Shown: piece by piece, positions 37,048 to 48,821 of the stretch
Layout: each line of letters starts with the position of its first letter
Numbering within the stretch: the stretch's first letter is position 1
Assembly (NCBI RefSeq): GCF_046119375.1
Contig: NW_027362763.1
Coordinates: 541,074,001 to 541,138,000 of the forward strand
Source of the DNA: Phyllobates terribilis
Taxonomy: Eukaryota
Direction of reading: 5' to 3'
DNA: 64,000 bases
Translations under genes and position numbers: made by a program
The notes under the pieces: generated by a model
Database searches by the model: none
What the model saw: only the letters and a program-made list of their open reading frames with translations
Told to the model about the DNA's origin: nothing

Positions 37048-37470
37048 TGTTAGAACCTTGCTGTTAGGTTTTTTTTTCCTTTGCTGGTCACATGACCTTG
37101 TTGGCCTATTTAATCCTGCTCCGCCCTTCTGGCTTTGCTGGACTTCATTGTATATCTACTTTCTAGCTAGCCTGTGCTCTGTATCTAACTCTGTTAGTTT
37201 GCTTGGTCTACGGACCTCTAGGTTCTATCTATTTTGTTTGTTCGTCTGTCTGCTACTATTTCTGTTAGGAGGTGTCCCATATTCCTCCCAGTCCTTAGTA
37301 CTTGTAAGGATTCCCTCCCCAAATCTATAGGTCTCCGTACAGACTAGATTAGGACTTTAGCAGGTCTGATCGCAGGATCAGGTTCCCTGTTACATCGTAG
37401 GGATTCAGCTGAGTCTTATAGTAGGGACAGATCTCCTCTCTTTCCTTAGCTTTGGTAGCAGAACATAACA
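37048..37470 (+). repeat. 5' LTR of G3
   Basis: TGTTAG...CATAACA; TATA-like TATTTAA at 37107. Confidence 0.95.
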
Positions 37471-37472
37471 GT

Positions 37473-37481
37473 AAGTCCAGC
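37473..37481 (+). promoter_or_regulatory. Putative self-priming site of G3
   Basis: AAGTCCAGC is complementary to GCTGGACTT at 37137-37145, 30 nt downstream of the TATA-like box. Confidence 0.6.
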
Positions 37482-37520
37482 CTGTAAATTCTCTAAGGAA
37501 AGATTTTTTTTTGTTCCATC

Positions 37521-40500
37521 ATGGTGTCGGTTCAGGATTTGGCTAAACACCTGCAGGGACTCTCTCTGGAAGTGGCCGAGCTCCGTCAGCACGTGAGTAA
37601 CTGTCCTGGAGCATATTTCTTGGAGCCTAAGGTATGTTTGCCGGATTTATTTTTTGGTGAACATCGAGAATTTTTTTCATTTAAAAATGCTTGCTTATTG
37701 TATTTTCGTTTGAGACCCAAGTCCTCTGGGGATGAATCCCAGCGCGTAGGGTTCATAATGTCACTTTTGCGCAAAGAGCCTCAGGAGTGGGCCTTTTCTT
37801 TGCAACCTAGTGATACATGCTTCAGATCAGTGGATAGTTTTTTTTCTGCTTTAGGACTTTTATATGATGATCCTGACCGTGTGGCATCAGCTGAGACTGA
37901 GTTGAGACGTTTAAAACAAGGATCAGGTAATATGGAAAAATATTGTACACATTTTCGTCGTTGGTCCACTCAAACAGGGTGGAACGATTCTGCTCTGAAA
38001 AGTCTATTTCTTGCTGGGCTCAGTGAAAAGGTTAAAGACCTGCTAATTGCTTATCCTACACCTGAGGATTTGCAACAGGCTATGCAATTAGCTATACGGG
38101 TGGACAGAAGACTGCGTGCTAGGGTTAATGAGAGCAAATCCTCTGCTATGTCAGTTTCTGGTTATGATAATGTGTGTACTAACAGTGGTGAACCGATGGA
38201 GATTGGATCGGTGGCACCTCGCTCTCAAGAAAAACACCGTCGTTTTTCAGAAGGCTTGTGTTTCTATTGCGGGAAATCTGGTCATTTGATTAAAGGCTGT
38301 GAGCTTCGTATGAAGAAAGAAAAAAAAATGGTCAGTCACGCCCGTATTGCCTGTTTAAATTCCAAGGGTATATTTTTAGCTGCTTCCACGATTGCTCAGG
38401 AAAAATTAATGGAATTTCGGGTGTTTGTTGATTGCGGGTCTACACTGAATGTTATTGATGGGGGATTCGTGGAAAAACTCAATTTAAAACCTGAACCTTT
38501 ATCATCCCCCATTGCTGTGGTTTCTGTGGATGGCTCCCCTTTGAAGAATATTACTCTCAAGGTCAGTGAATTTCCTCTCACTATTAATGGTGTTCACCAT
38601 GAGAAATTGGATTTGGTAGTGTTGAATAACTTGCCTTCTCCAGTAATATTGGGTTTGCCCTGGTTAAAATTTCACAATCCTGTACTGGATTGGTCTACCA
38701 GTGAAATTAAATCCTGGAGCCATAAATGTTATGACAAGTGTTGTAACGGGCGTATTGCAGCTTTGGATAGGGGAGAATTACCTGTACCTATTCAGGATTT
38801 TTGGAGAGTTTTTTCTGAGAAAGAATCGCAGGTTTTGCCTCCCCATAGAGACTATGATTGTTCTATTGAATTTGTCCCTGGAGCGACTCTTCCTAAAAGT
38901 CGTTTATTTAACCTTACTATTCCTGAGAGGAAGGCTTTGGAGGAATACATACAGACAAGTTTGGCCGCCGGTCACATTAGGCCCTCTAAGTCTCCTGTGG
39001 CGGTTGGATTTTTTTTTGTAAAAAAAAAGGACGGCGGTTTACGTCCTTGTCTGGATTTTCGTGAGATTAACAAAATTACGGTACGCAATCCTTACCCACT
39101 GCCATTGATTCCTGATCTGTTTAACCAGTTATTGGGGGCCAAGTGGTTCTCTAAAATTGACCTTAAGGGGGCATACAATCTGTTGCGCATGAAGGAGGGT
39201 GATGAATGGAAGACTGCTTTTAACACTCCTGTGGGTCATTTTGAGAATCTGGTTATGCCTTTTGGTCTTACTAATGCTCCTGCATTTTTTCAGAATCTGA
39301 TTAATGACATCCTTAGACCTTTGATCGGTAAAAATGTGGTTGTGTATTTGGATGACATTTTGATTTATTCGCCAGATCTGGAGTCTCATTGGCGGAGCGT
39401 GCGTGAGGTATTACAGTTATTAATGGACAATTCGCTTTTTGCTAAGCTGGAGAAATGTGAGTTCGCTGTACAGAGAATTAGTTTTTTGGGCTACATTATC
39501 TCCAGCAAAGGTTTTGAGATGGATCCGGTTAAGGTTCAGGCTGTGCAGGAATGGCCTAGGCCTATTGGTTTGAAATCAATACAGAGGTTTTTGGGTTTCG
39601 CCAATTACTATAGAAAATTCATAAAAAATTTTTCTAGTATTGTCAAACCTCTGACTGATCTCACCAGGAAAGGTGCTGATGCGGTTCAGTGGTCTTCTGA
39701 GGCCATTGAAGCTTTTGTGTATCTCAAGGAGAGGTTCACCTCTGCTCCCATCCTTATGCAGCCTGATGTTACTAGGCCGTTTTTGGTTGAGGTTGATGCT
39801 TCCTCTGTGGGGGTTGGCGCAGTATTGTCTCAGGATAACGGGGATGGATTACATCCCTGTGCATTTTTTTCAAAAAAATTTTCGGAGACTGAATTGAATT
39901 ACGATATTGGTAATCGGGAATTATTGGCTATTAAACTCGCATTTGAACACTGGCGCCACTTCTTGGAAGGTGCGGAATTTCCCGTTCAGGTTCTTACGGA
40001 TCATAAAAATCTGATATATCTTGACGCTGCCAAGCGCCTGAATGCCCGTCAGGCTAGGTGGGCACTGTTTTTCTCGCGGTTTAATTTCTCCGTTACTTAC
40101 ATCCCTGGTACTAAGAATGTTAAGGCGGATGCCTTGTCTCGCAGTTTTTCTCCCATAGTCGGTGCTGAGAAAGAGGAAAACATTTTACAAGAAGGTGTTG
40201 TGATAGCTGCTTTAGACTCCGTTTTGGAAGATGAGATTCTTAAAGCTCAGGAGAATGCCCCATCTAACACTCCTCATGGGAGGTTGTTTGTGCCTGGGAC
40301 CTTTAGGAGAGATTTGTTTGTTGAGTGTCACGAATCTCGGTTGGCAGGTCATCCCGGAATCTCTGAGACCAAGAGACTGGTGGGTCGCAGTTTTTGGTGG
40401 CCTGGATGGCAGAAGGAAGTCATTAAGTGGGTGCGCCAATGTACTATATGTGCTAGATCTAAGTCCTCACATACTCCTGCTGCGGGGTTGCTTTGTCCTT

Positions 40501-41588
40501 TGGAGGTCCCCAGTGCTCCTTGGACACATTTGGCTATGGACTTTATAACTGACCTTCCCCCCTCTGAGGGTTTTACTGTCATCTGGGTGGTCGTGGACCG
40601 TTTTAGCAAGATGTGTCACTTGGTTCCCTTCGTCAAACTGCCCTGCGCTAAAACTCTCGCTAAGGCCTTTGTCAAGGAAATTGTCAGACTTCATGGCGTT
40701 CCTACTGACATTGTTTCTGATAGGGGTCCTCAGTTCGTGGCTCGTTTTTGGCGTGCCTTTTGTGACAGGTTGGGAATTCATTTGTCGTTTTCGTCCGGAT
40801 ATCATCCTGAATCTAATGGCCAGACAGAAAGGAAAAACCAGGATGTTGAGCAGTTCTTGCGTTGTTTTGTGGCAGACAATCAAGAGGGGTGGTCTGAGTT
40901 TCTGCCACTTGCTGAATTTGCTCTGAACAATCATACATCTTCTTCTGCTGGTTGTTCGCCTTTTTTTTGTTGTTCTGGGAGACATCCGTCGTTTGGGTCG
41001 TTCTCCAAGTTGGGATCTGCCGTGCCTGAGGAGGAGAATTTTTCCGGTGATTTGGAAAGAGTTTGGACGGATGTGCGTGGTAATCTTCAGGAGGCCAACA
41101 GAAAATCTAAAGACTACTTTGATAGGAAACGACAGGAGGTTTTGTTCGCTGTTGGTGACATGGTTTGGTTGTCCTCTAGGAATCTGCGGTTGAGGATTCC
41201 TTCTAAGAAATTGGGTCCCAAGTTTGTAGGGCCCTTTAAGGTGCTTCAGGTTGTCAACCAATCTGCTGTTAGGTTGGAGGTTCCTACCTCCTGGAGAATT
41301 AATCCGGTCTTTCATGTCTCTCTGTTAAAAAAAGCTGTTGTGTCGGATGGTGACGCCTCTGCCTCTGTTCCTCCGGTGGTGGAGGACGGGGAATATGAAA
41401 TTTCTCGCATCCTTGACTCTAGACGGTATAGAGGTAGTTTGCAGTATCTTGTGGCCTGGAAAGGTTTCGGACCCGAGGATAACTCTTGGGTGTGGTCAGA
41501 TGATGTTTCCGCGTCCAGACTTATCAGAGCGTTTCACAGGAGATTTCCTGATAAGCCTGGTCCTAGGGGATCCGGAGGATCCTCTTAG
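37521..41588 (+). CDS. gag-pol: Single-ORF Gag-Pol polyprotein (capsid, CCHC, protease, RT, RNase H, integrase, chromodomain)
   Basis: 1355-aa ORF with CFYCGKSGHLIKGC, FVDCGS, YLDD, HHCC, DDE and chromodomain YLVAWKGFGPEDNSW. Confidence 0.95.
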   Translation: MVSVQDLAKHLQGLSLEVAELRQHVSNCPGAYFLEPKVCLPDLFFGEHREFFSFKNACLLYFRLRPKSSGDESQRVGFIMSLLRKEPQEWAFSLQPSDTCFRSVDSFFSALGLLYDDPDRVASAETELRRLKQGSGNMEKYCTHFRRWSTQTGWNDSALKSLFLAGLSEKVKDLLIAYPTPEDLQQAMQLAIRVDRRLRARVNESKSSAMSVSGYDNVCTNSGEPMEIGSVAPRSQEKHRRFSEGLCFYCGKSGHLIKGCELRMKKEKKMVSHARIACLNSKGIFLAASTIAQEKLMEFRVFVDCGSTLNVIDGGFVEKLNLKPEPLSSPIAVVSVDGSPLKNITLKVSEFPLTINGVHHEKLDLVVLNNLPSPVILGLPWLKFHNPVLDWSTSEIKSWSHKCYDKCCNGRIAALDRGELPVPIQDFWRVFSEKESQVLPPHRDYDCSIEFVPGATLPKSRLFNLTIPERKALEEYIQTSLAAGHIRPSKSPVAVGFFFVKKKDGGLRPCLDFREINKITVRNPYPLPLIPDLFNQLLGAKWFSKIDLKGAYNLLRMKEGDEWKTAFNTPVGHFENLVMPFGLTNAPAFFQNLINDILRPLIGKNVVVYLDDILIYSPDLESHWRSVREVLQLLMDNSLFAKLEKCEFAVQRISFLGYIISSKGFEMDPVKVQAVQEWPRPIGLKSIQRFLGFANYYRKFIKNFSSIVKPLTDLTRKGADAVQWSSEAIEAFVYLKERFTSAPILMQPDVTRPFLVEVDASSVGVGAVLSQDNGDGLHPCAFFSKKFSETELNYDIGNRELLAIKLAFEHWRHFLEGAEFPVQVLTDHKNLIYLDAAKRLNARQARWALFFSRFNFSVTYIPGTKNVKADALSRSFSPIVGAEKEENILQEGVVIAALDSVLEDEILKAQENAPSNTPHGRLFVPGTFRRDLFVECHESRLAGHPGISETKRLVGRSFWWPGWQKEVIKWVRQCTICARSKSSHTPAAGLLCPLEVPSAPWTHLAMDFITDLPPSEGFTVIWVVVDRFSKMCHLVPFVKLPCAKTLAKAFVKEIVRLHGVPTDIVSDRGPQFVARFWRAFCDRLGIHLSFSSGYHPESNGQTERKNQDVEQFLRCFVADNQEGWSEFLPLAEFALNNHTSSSAGCSPFFCCSGRHPSFGSFSKLGSAVPEEENFSGDLERVWTDVRGNLQEANRKSKDYFDRKRQEVLFAVGDMVWLSSRNLRLRIPSKKLGPKFVGPFKVLQVVNQSAVRLEVPTSWRINPVFHVSLLKKAVVSDGDASASVPPVVEDGEYEISRILDSRRYRGSLQYLVAWKGFGPEDNSWVWSDDVSASRLIRAFHRRFPDKPGPRGSGGSS

Positions 41589-41600
41589 AAGGGGGGGTAC
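41587..41600 (+). promoter_or_regulatory. Polypurine tract of G3
   Basis: AGAAGGGGGGGTAC before the 3' LTR, identical to the G1 PPT. Confidence 0.9.
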
Positions 41601-42023
41601 TGTTAGAACCTTGCTGTTAGGTTTTTTTTTCCTTTGCTGGTCACATGACCTTGTTGGCCTATTTAATCCTGCTCCGCCCTTCTGGCTTTGCTGGACTTCA
41701 TTGTATATCTACTTTCTAGCTAGCCTGTGCTCTGTATCTAACTCTGTTAGTTTGCTTGGTCTACGGACCTCTAGGTTCTATCTATTTTGTTTGTTCGTCT
41801 GTCTGCTACTATTTCTGTTAGGAGGTGTCCCATATTCCTCCCAGTCCTTAGTACTTGTAAGGATTCCCTCCCCAAATCTATAGGTCTCCGTACAGACTAG
41901 ATTAGGACTTTAGCAGGTCTGATCGCAGGATCAGGTTCCCTGTTACATCGTAGGGATTCAGCTGAGTCTTATAGTAGGGACAGATCTCCTCTCTTTCCTT
42001 AGCTTTGGTAGCAGAACATAACA
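41601..42023 (+). repeat. 3' LTR of G3
   Basis: Direct repeat of 37048-37470. Confidence 0.95.
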
Positions 42024-42214
42024 GTGCCAGTGCTGTGCAAGTTTTTTTCACAGCATTTGGCTGAATCTAGCAAAGCTAATCCTTTTTGGACTATTGCAGA
42101 GTGCGTTAGTCAGTGGAGTAGCCTATCTGTGTTGCAAGATATACCACCTGTGTATAGAATACCAATTTTTTTACTGCACCTAGTGAAGTAAAATCTTTTG
42201 GGCATAGCATCATT

Positions 42215-44901
42215 CTATTAGTCCATCTATACTGACCTCCATCAGGTTGCAAATTGAATATAATTTTTTTCTGCATCTAGCTCTGAAAAAATATTTGGCC
42301 TTCTAGCAGTGTGTGGGACTTTCTCTATTAGTCCATCTATACTGACCTCCATCAGGTTGCAAACTGAATATAATTTTTTTCTGCATCTAGCTCTGAAAAT
42401 ATATTTGGGCTTCTAGCTGTGTGTGGGACTTGTTCTATTACTCCATCTATACTGACCTCCATCAGGTTGCAAATTGAATATAATTTTTTTTCTGCATTTA
42501 GCTCTGAAAAAATATTGGGCTTCTAGCTGTGTGTGGGACTTGTTGTATTAGTCCATCTATACTGACCTCCATCAGGTTGCAAACTGAATATATTTTTTTC
42601 TGCATCTACCTCTGAAAAAATATTGGGCTTCTAGCTGTGTGTGGGACTTGTTCTATTAATCCATCTATACAGACTTCCATCAGGTTGCAAACTGAATATA
42701 ATTTTTTTCTGCATCTAGCTCTGAAAAAATATTTGGCCTTCTAGCAGTGTGTGGGACTTTCTCTATTAGTCCATCTATACTGACCTCCATCAGGTTGCAA
42801 ACTGAATATATTTTTTTCTGCATCTACCTCTGAAAAAATATTGGGCTTCTAGCTGTGTGTGGGACTTGTACTATTAATCCATCTATACAGACCTCCATCA
42901 GGTTGCAAATTGAATATAATTTTTTTTCTGCATTTAGCTCTGAAAAAATATTGGGCTTCTAGCTGTGTGTGGGACTTGTTGTATTAGACCATCTATACTG
43001 ACCTCCATCAGGTTGCAAACTGAATATATTTTTTTCTGCATCGACCTCTGAAAAAATATTGGGCTTCTAGCTGTGTGTGGGACTTGTACTATTAATCCAT
43101 CTATACAGACCTCCATCAGGTTGCAAATTGAATATAATTTTTTTTCTGCATTTAGCTCTGAAAAAATATTGGGCTTCTAGCTGTGTGTGGGACTTGTTGT
43201 ATTAGTCCATCTATACTGACCTCCATCAGGTTGCAAACTGAATATATTTTTTTCTGCATCTACCTCTGAAAAAATATTGGGCTTCTAGCTGTGTGTGGGA
43301 CTTGTTCTATTAATCCATCTATACAGACTTCCATCAGGTTGCAAACTGAATATAATTTTTTTCTGCATCTAGCTCTGAAAAAATATTTGGCCTTCTAGCA
43401 GTGTGTGGGACTTTCTCTATTAGTCCATCTATACTGACCTCCATCAGGTTGCAAACTGAATATAATTTTTTTCTGCATCTAGCTCTGAAAATATATTTGG
43501 CCTTCTAGCAGTGTGTGGGACTTTCTCTATTAGTCCATCTATACTGACCTCCATCAGGTTGCAAATTGAATATAATTTTTTTCTGCATCTAGCCCTGAAA
43601 AAATATTGGGCTTCTAGCTGTGTGTGGGACTTGTTGTATTAGTCCATCTATACTGACCTCCATCAGGTTGCAAACTGAATATATTTTTTTCTGCATCTAC
43701 CTCTGAAAAAATATTGGGCTTCTAGCTGTGTGTGGGACTTGTACTATTAATCCATCTATACAGACCTCCATCAGGTTGCAAACTGAATATAATTTTTTTC
43801 TGCATCTAGCTCTGAAAAAATATTTGGCCTTCTAGCAGTGTGTGGGACTTTCTCGATTAGTCCATCTATACTGACCTCCATCACGTTGCAAACTGAATAT
43901 AATTTTTTTCTGCATCTAGCTCTGAAAAAATATTTGGCCTTCTAGCAGTGTGTGGGACTTTCTCTATTAGTCCATCTATACTGACCTCCATCAGGTTGCA
44001 AACTGAATATAATTTTTTTCTGCATCTAGCTCTGAAAAAATGTTTGGCCTTCTAGCAGTGTGTGGGACTTTCTCTATTAGTCCATCTATACTGACCTCCA
44101 TCAGGTTGCAAATTAAAAATAATTTTTATCTGCATCTAGCTCTGAAAAAATATTTGGGCTTCTAGCTGTGTGTGGGACTAGTTCTATTACTCCATCTATA
44201 CTGACCTCCATCAGGTTGCAAATTGAATATAATTTTGTCTGCATCTAGCTCTGAAAAAATATTGGGCTTCTAGCTGTGTGTGGGACTTGTTGTATTAGTC
44301 CATCTATACTGACCTCCATCAGGTTGCAAACTGAATATATTTTTTTCTGCATCTACCTCTGAAAAAATATTGGGCTTCTAGCTGTGTGTGGGACTTGTTC
44401 TATTAATCCATCTATACAGACCTCCATCAGGTTGCAAACTGAATATAATTTTTTTCTGCATCTAGCTCTGAAAAAATATTTGGCCTTCTAGCAGTGTGTG
44501 GGACTTTCTCTATTAGTCCATCTATACTGACCTCCATCAGGTTGCAAATTAAAAATAATTTTTATCTGCATCTACCTCTGAAAAAATATTTGGGCTTCTA
44601 GCTGTGTGTGGGACTTGTTCTATTACTCCATCTATACTGACCTCCATCAGGTTGCAAATTGAATATAATTTTTTTCTGCATCTAGCTCTGAAAAAATATT
44701 GGGCTCCTAGCTGTGTGTGGGACTTGTTGTATTAGTCCATCTATACTGACCTCCATCAGGTTGCAAACTGAATATATTTTTTTCTGCATCTACCTCTGAA
44801 AAAATATTGGACTTCTAGCTGTGTGTGGGACTTGTTCTATTAGTCCATCTATACTGACCTCCATCAGGTTGCAAATTGAATATAATTTTTTTCTGCATCT
44901 A
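42215..44901. repeat. 108-110-bp satellite array in hAT A (about 24.6 units)
   Basis: Unit starts at 42215, 42325, 42435, 42545, 42653...; consensus CTATTAGTCCATCTATACTGACCTCCATCAGGTTGCAAA...CTGCATCTAGCTCTGAAAAAATATT...GTGTGTGGGACTT. Confidence 0.95.
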
Positions 44902-45017
44902 ACCCAGCCAATAGTTTTGGCCTAATACCACAGTTTGGCCACTCAGCTCTGCTCGGTTCCCATCCATTGTTTTTTTGTGCAAACAACTCCAGAGTTGTGA
45001 ATTAGTTAACCACCAAA

Positions 45018-47903
45018 ATGAGTGGAAAAAGGCCTGCTGCTGGTGGAAAGGGGAATAGGCGTGTTGGGAAGGGGAAAAAAGGTTGTGTCCGTGGGGTAGG
45101 TGTTAAAGCAACAGTAACATCTGCAGAAGAAAGACCATCTTCCAGCCAAACTAAAATGTCTTCTTCTTTTAGCGGACAATGTGATAAGATCCCTTTCTTA
45201 CGGCCACGCCAATCGCTACAAATTCCAGATGAGGCACAAAAACAGCAGGTGCTTCAACGGATATCAAGTGCTCCTTTAAGTGGGCTCTCCTCCACATCAA
45301 CTTCAACATCACAAATACTCCAGTCCTCAAAGGTGTCACCCCAATCGCACTTGCTTCCTCACAGCTCCCAAATCTCCAGCTGCCCGTCTGAGTATGAGGT
45401 AGAACAGATGGTTGAGTCTGCAGAGCTGTTTACTCATACTATAGCCTGGGAATCAGAGGTCGACTCCAGCGCTTCTGTGAATCCAGACGAGCAAATGATC
45501 TTCACTGATGCCCAGAATCTTTATGAGTCGGATCCAGGACCAGACGCAGAAGGTTCTGACCATAATGTAGACCCTCATTCCCAAACTGTAACTCCTGTTG
45601 GTGGAGACAATGAGGAAGACGATGATGAGACTCAAATACCTGATTGGAGCGACAACTTTAGTTTTTTGTCAGGGCAGGAACAGGTTGGCTCTGAGGACGA
45701 CGGGTGTGATAACGCACAGGGTGATGATGATGAGGTTGGAGATCCCACTTACTGTCAACCCACAGTCAGCCAAGAGATGAGGTCAGCAGAGGAGGTGGAG
45801 GAAGATGCTAGTGACGACGAGGTCAGGTTGCGCCTTCCTGGACAGAGACGTAGTACTGGAAGCACGACAACAACTGCATCCTCAAACACAACTCTGCCTC
45901 TCACCACAAGTCGTGGTGGCTCTTCATGTCGCATGGGTGCTAAGCCTTGCATAGCCTGGGCATTTTTTCAGATCGATAAAGATGACCCAACTCGTGTTAT
46001 CTGTAACATTTGTCAGCAAAAGCTAAGTAGAGGCCAAAATATACATAGTTTGAGTACTTCATGCATGAATCGGCACATGGACATGAAGCATAAGTTGCAG
46101 TGGGAAGCTCAGTGTGCTACAATGCGGCCTAGCCGGCCGGGCCAACCACCGTCTGCCATATCTTGTGCATCCGCGGCCTCTTCATCCTCTGTGACTGGGG
46201 GGACAGCAGTCACACCTGTTTTGGGGCGCAGACCTGCCACCTCTTTACCCGCAACAGCCAGCGTGATTGGCAGGTCATCATTTTCTTTGGAGGTGGTAAC
46301 ACCAGCTGGTGTTGAGCGCTGTCCGACATCGATAGCACCACCTTTGGATCAAGGCAACCTAACATGTCCGCCTGCATCTTCCTCACAGACCGGCAGTTTG
46401 CCGGGGACACCCTTATCAACCCCGTCTAAGCACAATAGCCAGCCCTCGGTCCCTCAGATGTGGACAAGTAAAAGACCATTTCCTCCTAGCCATGAGAAAG
46501 CTAAGAGGTTGAATTTCACCATCTGCAAGCTCTTGGCTACAGAAATGCTGCCTTTCCGCCTGGTGGACACAGAGGATTTTCGAGACCTTATGTCTGTCGC
46601 AGTGCCCCAGTTCCAGATGCCCAGTCGGCACTACTTCTCAAAGAAAGGTGTGCCTGCGCTCCACCAGCATGTCGCACACAACATCACCGCTTCTTTGAGA
46701 AACTCTGTGTGTGACAGGGTGCATTTCACCACAGACACTTGGACGAGTAGGCATGCACAGGGGCGTTACATGTCGCTGACTGGGCACTGGGTAACTATGG
46801 TGACAGCAGGACAAGGGGCTGCTGTCCAAGTCTTGCCGTCCCCACGAGTTGTGCGTCAATCCTCTTTATGTCAAAGTTCCTCCACTGCTTCTGCCTCCTC
46901 AACCTCCTCTCGGTCTTCCACCTGCACCCAAAGCCTGTCTGGTCATGCCACAAGCTTTCTAACTGCGCAGAAGGGATCCTGCACACCTCCTTACTATGCT
47001 GGCAGTAGGGCTCAACGTCATCAGGCGGTTTTTACTTTGAAATGTCTGGGAAATGTGAGTCACACAGCTGAGAAGTTGTGGTCAGCTCTGGAGAACCAAT
47101 TTCATGAATGGTTGTCTCCACTGGACCTGAAACCAGGGAAGGCCGTGTGCGACAATGCTGCAAACCTGGGTGCGGCCCTTCGCCGGGGCAATGTCACACA
47201 CGTGCCTTGTATGGCTCACGTGTTGAACCTGGTTGTCCAGCAATTTTTAGCCCACTATCCCAGACTAGATGGCCTTCTGCAGAGGGCACGGTTGCTGTGT
47301 GCTCACTTCCGCCGTTCGCATCCCGCAGCTCAGCGACTTACATCTCTACAGAAGTCGTTGGGCCTGCCACTTCACCGGCTAAAATGCGATGTGCCTACCC
47401 GGTGGAATTCAACTCTGCACATTTTGCAGCGACTGTGGCAGCACCGACAAGCCCTGGTGCAAAACGTTCTGACGTATAGCCTGGGCCAACTAGATCCAGA
47501 CGTGGGGCAAATCACGCTGGAGGAGTGGTCTCAGATCAGGGACCTATGCACCCTTCTGCACAGTTTTGAAATGGCGATGAAGATGTTTAGTGCTGACGAT
47601 GCCATTATCAGCATGACTATTCCGGTGATTTACATGCTGGAGCACATGTTAAACAGAATTCGGAGTCAGGTGGTGGCATAAGAGGAGGTGGAGGAAGTAG
47701 AGGAGGAGGAGTTGTATGCGGAAGGGCTAACATCTGCAAGGTCCAGACGGTCGGCAGCACCAAGGCGGCAGGCATGTGAGGGTGGGGGAGATGGTTTTAC
47801 CAGGGCGCATGGTAGCAGCCAAACTAGTGAGGAAGGTGCAGGAGCCCAGGAAGAAGTGGAGGACGAACTGATGGAAGACTCATCAGATGAGGGAGACCTT
47901 GAT
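45018..47903 (+). pseudogene. hAT A transposase, 5' part (887 codons open, then TAA at 47679-81, then split by copy B)
   Basis: BED finger WAFF..C..C..H...H, FTTDTW, VCDN, CMAH, TRWNS; CAA in copy B corresponds to TAA here. Confidence 0.93.
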
Positions 47904-48821
47904 TAGAGATGAGCGTTGTTCTACTCGAACTGTTCGCCAATCTCAAATTCGAGCTGTTTTGGGCGGTGTTCGAGCCGTTCGGCGAACACGAACAATTTGA
48001 GAAAAATTCGGCTGTTCGAGGTTATGTTCGATAACTGTTCGTGCACCAAAATCATAACTGGATGTTTTCTCAGTAATGATGAAAATTAATGTTAATACGC
48101 AGTTTGAGTGTACAGCGGGGTGGGGGGAGGGGCAGGGGATGGATCTCTGCAGGAACAATGAAGATCTCCATTTTTTTTTCTCTTTCCCGCATTTGCAGTG
48201 GGGAGGTGCAATCTGTCAGCCTATCAGCAGCGCACACACGGAGCGAAGTGCTTTTTTTCACACAAGCAAGGGCATGTGTCATTGGCAGTGTATGTCACAT
48301 GTCCTTGAACTATAAGACCAAGCCATTTTCCCCGTCGCCACCATTTTCTCACTGCTGCAGCAGCGTGTTAGACGGCACCGCTGTTGCTGTGTACGCTATA
48401 CCTTGTTAATTTCAAGCCAATTTTCGCACAAATCTACAGACAGCTTGGGAGTAGGGAATAGTTGTGATTGCAGTCCTTTTAAGGACTAGGTTACAGCATT
48501 TCCTACGACTTTTATCAGGCAGGTCTGTGCTCTTAAATAGATAGGTTGTGGGAGTAAAGACTAATTGTAATTGGAGTCCTTTTCAGGACTAGGTTACATC
48601 AGTTCCTATCAGTTTTTGCCAGGCAGGTCTGTGCCAGTGCTGTGCAAGTTTTTTTCACAGCATTTGGCTGAATCTAGCAAAGCTAATCCTTTTTGGCCTA
48701 TTGCAGAGTGTGTTAGTCAGTGGAGTAGCCTATCTGTGTTGCAAGATATACCACCTGTGTATAGAATACCAATTTTTTTACTGCACCTAGTGAAGTAAAA
48801 TCTTTTGGGCATAGCATCATC

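Larger units (their letters stand above)
37048..42023 (+). mobile_element. Intact young Ty3/Gypsy chromovirus G3
   Basis: 423-bp LTRs identical by eye; 5-bp TSD GTGCC at 37043-47 and 42024-28; the empty site is visible in copy B near 48631. Confidence 0.97.
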
